From positions 26,474,001 to 26,538,000 of the forward strand of contig OZ116704.1 of assembly GCA_964199315.1 (NCBI GenBank): a DNA stretch of 64,000 nucleotides. Reading direction: 5' to 3'. Made by a program: the position numbers and the translations under genes. Numbering within the stretch: the first letter of the stretch is position 1; each line of letters opens with the position of its first letter. This DNA comes from Orbicella franksi (Eukaryota). A model generated the notes under the pieces. The model did no database searches. It worked only from the letters and a program-made list of their open reading frames with translations, and was not told the origin of the DNA. This document shows, one piece after another, positions 59,376-64,000 of the stretch.

Positions 59376-61194
59376 AAATGGCTTCCCCTGTATCTGGCAG
59401 TCTCAGGGAATCTTCGATTCAGGCGTTGGAGCTAACCCTTAAGGGGGTTAAAAATAGCTCTTGTATGTGTAAGGTTAGGTCAAAAGTGCTCCATAATTTC
59501 CTGAATATTAAAATTTCGAGTGCCTTTCGCCCCTGTTTAAGACATCATTTCCCCTTGTCATCACCCACGGGTCATCTTATCTTAATTGGTGGGTGGCGTG
59601 ACGCACGTGCTGTTTGCGTCATTCGCTCGTGTCAGGTTATACTTCGTACCCCCGTTTACTTCCGGGGCGTTGACTCTTCAAGTAATTTGTTCCTGGATTA
59701 TCGTTTCATTTACCGACCTGGCAAACATTTTGGGCGTGCTGTGTGTATTTTTGGTCCACGTTTCCGGAGTTAGTCGCAATTGGCGGAAATTAAAAGTCAG
59801 TAAGTGACATGCACATGAATTCTAATTTGCATCTTCGACTCAAAGAGCAAAGATTGTACGTTAAAACAAAAAAAAAACTATTGGAGCATTTGAAGTTGTA
59901 ACATCTTAGTTTGATACACGAAGTGTAGCACCAAAATGAATTTTATTGCCTCGTTAAATTTCTTGCCCACGCTTTGGTTCACCCGACTGAGCTGCATTTT
60001 CCGTTGTTAGAACCCTTGTCATGAGAACGTAGACCCTGAAAATGTGTAAGGAGACTTAGGATGACTTTTTGAAAGAACAGTATGAACTATGTTAAGTGTG
60101 AAACTTGAGTCTAAACAATCCAACAACCAAGTGCTAAAAGCCGGGGACACACTTGAAAGCTAACGCTGAGCTTGTGTTAGTGCATAGTTCATTGAAGAAC
60201 ATCTTAAAAACGTTTCAGAAAAGAAGAATGTTCAAGCTCAGTATGAAAGTTGGACGTTTTACCAAAGAAGAGAGTGTAGTTACACGGGGGAACTCCGCTC
60301 TGTATAAGGGCATTCTAATACTGTTGCTACAAGACTAGTTAATGAGTTCGTTATTCCGCCCTGATTACACTTAAGTCCGTTTGTTGTTACATGAAGCCCT
60401 CCAGGTTCCTCTGGGTAATGATTTTTATCCCGTGAAACATTCGCGGAGTTGTTCCTTGAATGACCTTATACATCACTCGGTGAGTAACAGACTGAGGTGT
60501 TGACCAGGTAGGTGAATTGGATGTAGGCCATGAGATAGCCTCTTAAATCAATAATTGCAAGAAGCAAAAATAGTGAGCGTGAAAATGGCCACACGAAAAT
60601 TGATAGCGAGGTGACTGGGAAGATAGGTTCTTTCTCCTCGCCCTCAGTCTCCGTGTGACCATTTTCCCTGGCAGGTTTTATGGTCCGTAGATCTGGCTTG
60701 TAGTTCAACCGGTACTTAAAGTACGCTTGACAGCATTGAACGGGAAGTATGTCACGGTTTGTTAGGTAAAAAGTATTGTATGGCGAAAGAAGAGCTGAAA
60801 CCATAACCATCCACGCTTTTTTAGGGGAGGGGGTCACTTTTGTTTTATCAGTTCATTTATTCTTTGTTTAAAAGCGTACAGATGAAATAAAACGGGACAT
60901 AACGAAGTAACATGCGAGGCACCCTCATTCCTAGAGCCCTTTTCTTGTGAACGAGGTTCCATTTGATACAGGATGAGGAAGATAGAGGCCTGGGCACCCC
61001 TATCCAAGTTTGCTGGAGGGCAAGTACTAGAAGAAAAAAGAACACCTGCCGATGAATTGTTATTCATTCGAAATGTTTCTTTGACTACAATATACGCGAG
61101 CCGTATAAAGTGTATCATCCACTAAAAACTGGTGGTAACTTTACAATGCTTATGAAAAGATTCACTAATACACAAAAGAAACAACAATCTTGGA

Positions 61195-61710
61195 CAGAAT
61201 AAATGGAACAACTATCCCCCACCCCCCCCCCCCAAGAAATGATGAAGGCGCGAAGGAGCAAAAATGCGCCATTTTGGCATCATTGAAATAGGGGGGGTGG
61301 TCCTGATGTTCCATTTATTGTGTCCAAGATTGCAATCTTGTACAGAATAAATGGAACAATTATCCCCCATCCCCCCCCCCCGCCCCAAGCAATGATGAAG
61401 GCGCGAAGGAACAAAAATGCGCCATTTTGGCATCATTGGAATGGGGGGAGGGGTGGTCCAGATGTTTCATTTATTTTGTCCAAGATCGCAATCTTGGACA
61501 GAATAAAATGGAACAATTATTCCCCATCCCCCCCCCCCAAAGCAATAATGAAGGCGCGAAGGAGCAAAAACAGAATAAAATGGAACAATTATCCCCCATT
61601 CCCCCCAAAGAAATGATGAACGCGTGAAGGAGCAAAAACGCGCCATTTTGGTATCATTGAAATAGGGGGAGGGGTGGTCCAGATGTTTCATTTGTTTTCT
61701 CCAAGATTGT
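61195..61710. repeat. ~150-bp tandem array (3-4 copies, one partial)
   Basis: Unit CAGAATAAATGGAACAATTATCCCC(C)n...AATGATGAAGGCGCGAAGGAGCAAAAATGCGCCATTTTGG...GGTGGTCC. Confidence 0.92.
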
Positions 61711-61834
61711 AGTTGAGATCTCACAAATTTGATCTTTTATTTCCCCTCTCAGAAAGTACGAGGTAATTTCATCGCAATAGTCAGCTATCAACTGAAGGCG
61801 GCTATGGGGAAAATAGTCCTTGCCAATCCCAGTC

Positions 61835-61980
61835 NNNNNNNNNNNNNNNNNNNNNNNNNNNNNNNNNNNNNNNNNNNNNNNNNNNNNNNNNNNNNNNNNN
61901 NNNNNNNNNNNNNNNNNNNNNNNNNNNNNNNNNNNNNNNNNNNNNNNNNNNNNNNNNNNNNNNNNNNNNNNNNNNNNNNN
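61835..61980. other. Assembly gap
   Basis: Run of N. Confidence 1.
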
Positions 61981-62235
61981 GATCACCCCGCAGAATTTGG
62001 ACCAATTTAAGATTGACGAGACTATCTCGTGATTTAAGAACTTATTTCAGAAGTCACTGACTTGTTTCAGGACTAACAAACTCTAGGTAAGAACCACCTT
62101 CTGTATCAAAATAAACAACACCGATCAAAAGCTTAATTTTGAAATGATCACAACAATATTGCCATTTAGGAAACGCAAACTTAGAAACACTCAAATTACG
62201 CCAATAAAACAATGAGGTGATTTAAGAGTGAATTC

Positions 62236-63030
62236 GTAAGTACACACTGAAGAGTTATCTTTTGAAAACCTCTCTATATACACTATCTTGTACAGCTGGC
62301 TGAAACAGAACAAGCATTATTATAACAATGGACTAATTTAAGGTGTTCGACCCTCCCTTCAAACTTAAGGTTAAGAACACATTAAAGTACACACCGAAGA
62401 GTTATCTTTTGATAAACTCTGCGTCATTTTGCACAACTGATTGGAGCACGACAAGTTTGAATACAACAATGGACTAAATTAAGATGTTCGACCCTCTCTC
62501 CAAACTCAAGGTTAAGAACACATTGTACAGCTTTGTAAACAATACAGCATGGAAGTACTTAAGGAAAGTGCTTACATCCAGGTTTACTTTCTCTACAAAC
62601 TCCGAAGCTAAAAACACATTGCTCAGAAGATGGACAGAACAGAAAAAAATTAGACAAGGTCCTGCTTAGCAGGATAAACATTGTCACGAAAGTCATCTCT
62701 TCAAACCCAAGGTTAAGAACACATTAAAGTACACACTGAAGAGTTATCTTTTGATGAAGTCTGCATCATTTCGCACAACTGATTGGAGCAGGACAAGTTT
62801 GAATACAACAGTGGACTAAATTAAGATGTTCGACTCTCTCCAAACTCAAGAACACATTGCACCTGACAGCTTTATAAACAATACAGCATGGAAGTACTTA
62901 AGGAAAGTGCTCACATCCAGGTTTACTTTCTCTACAAACTCCGAAGCTAAAAACATTGCTCAGAGGATGGACAGAACAGAAAAAATTAGACAAGGTCCTG
63001 CGTAGCAGAATACACATTGTCACGAAAGTG
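62236..63030. repeat. ~340-bp tandem duplication (62366-62692 vs 62709-63029) plus an upstream partial copy
   Basis: Near-identical AAGGTTAAGAACACATTAAAGTACAC...CATTGTCACGAAAGT blocks. Confidence 0.9.
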
Positions 63031-64000
63031 TTTTAAAATAGCGTTCATCTGGATATCTACGTGTAAGGTTTTTCACCCACAAACACAGAGTTAGAAACAT
63101 ATTGCACAGAAAGTAAATAACACAACGAGGTCCTTCTCGTGTAATGACGTATTAGAAGCTTTTATTTTAAGTTCACGGTTAGGTTTTCTTTTCCAATAAA
63201 CCCAAAGTTAAAAACATATTGCACAGTAGAATGAACGTTCTTATCTCGGATTCTTTCTCTACAAACTTCAAAGTGCTCGCCCCCTCGAGCCTTTACGTTG
63301 TAAACACTGAGCGAGGGTAAATCATGGTTAATATTTTTAGTGATTCTAAAGCACATTGCAAATAGACCAAAAGAAAGGTAAAACAAAAAGATAATGCAAA
63401 AGACAGAAGTCAAGAACATCAGGACCTTGTGCTGATTTGAGACACCTAATGGTTCTACAGAAAATACCTGTGGATATTAAAAACTTTTCGGAGTTTCAGT
63501 TTTAAAGCTCTGTAGGGCTTAACAGTTTTCCATTTGCATTACAGTGTAATCCAACGTGAAACTGCAAAATTTCCCGAAAATGCCTCACATACATGTTCGA
63601 TTATACTGTAATGCAACTGACAAAATTTTATCCGTAAAAAGGGCTATTCATTAGCGTCAGTGAGGCTATCGTGCGATTAGCTGTCACACTGCTAGCAGTC
63701 TGTTTTTTCCTCGAAAACAGGGAGGGATATGATTGAAAGGTGAGACGTTCCAGGCTAGAGGGGATTGCCCTCGTTATTTCGTCTGGGGACATAATCGATT
63801 CGTGTGGACGGTCTGCTAAAATCAACAGCACGTGTGGAAACAGCCAATCACGTGACACTTTCGAGAAACACCTGAAAGATATCCCGATTCCCGTCTCTTA
63901 ACAGGCCACCCAAAAATGCCAGCCTTACCACCATTATGGAAAGCAAATTAGTGGGAAAATGTCCAGAAAAAAGTTATAAGAAGCCCAAGGTATATTGTGT

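Noticed and set aside
61195-63030. Repeat arrays that might be read as CRISPR-like
   Set aside because: Contiguous long tandem units without unique spacers, in a eukaryotic genome with no cas genes.

Overview
AT-rich eukaryotic (animal) genomic DNA with two N gaps. The SoxB1 sequence and the repeat families look anthozoan, most likely a stony coral (inference). There are two protein-coding genes, both on the + strand. (1) A ~26-exon RasGAP gene (ATG 8400, last firm exon ends 31592, tentative last exon to 33379; ~750 aa), mostly invisible in the ORF track and rebuilt here exon by exon. It has the architecture of fungal Gap1/Sar1/GapA (N-terminal coiled coil, RasGAP domain with intact arginine finger, IQGAP-type RasGAP_C tail). 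Its intron 10 (21519-22840) is a minor-spliceosome (U12) intron with rare AT-AA termini. (2) An intronless SoxB1 gene (47133-48134) in the middle of a ~23 kb CpG-rich stretch with no recognisable transposons. The rest of the window is dense with MITEs, tRNA-derived SINEs, LINE 3' fragments and tandem repeats. All family assignments come from motif recognition by eye; no database searches were run.
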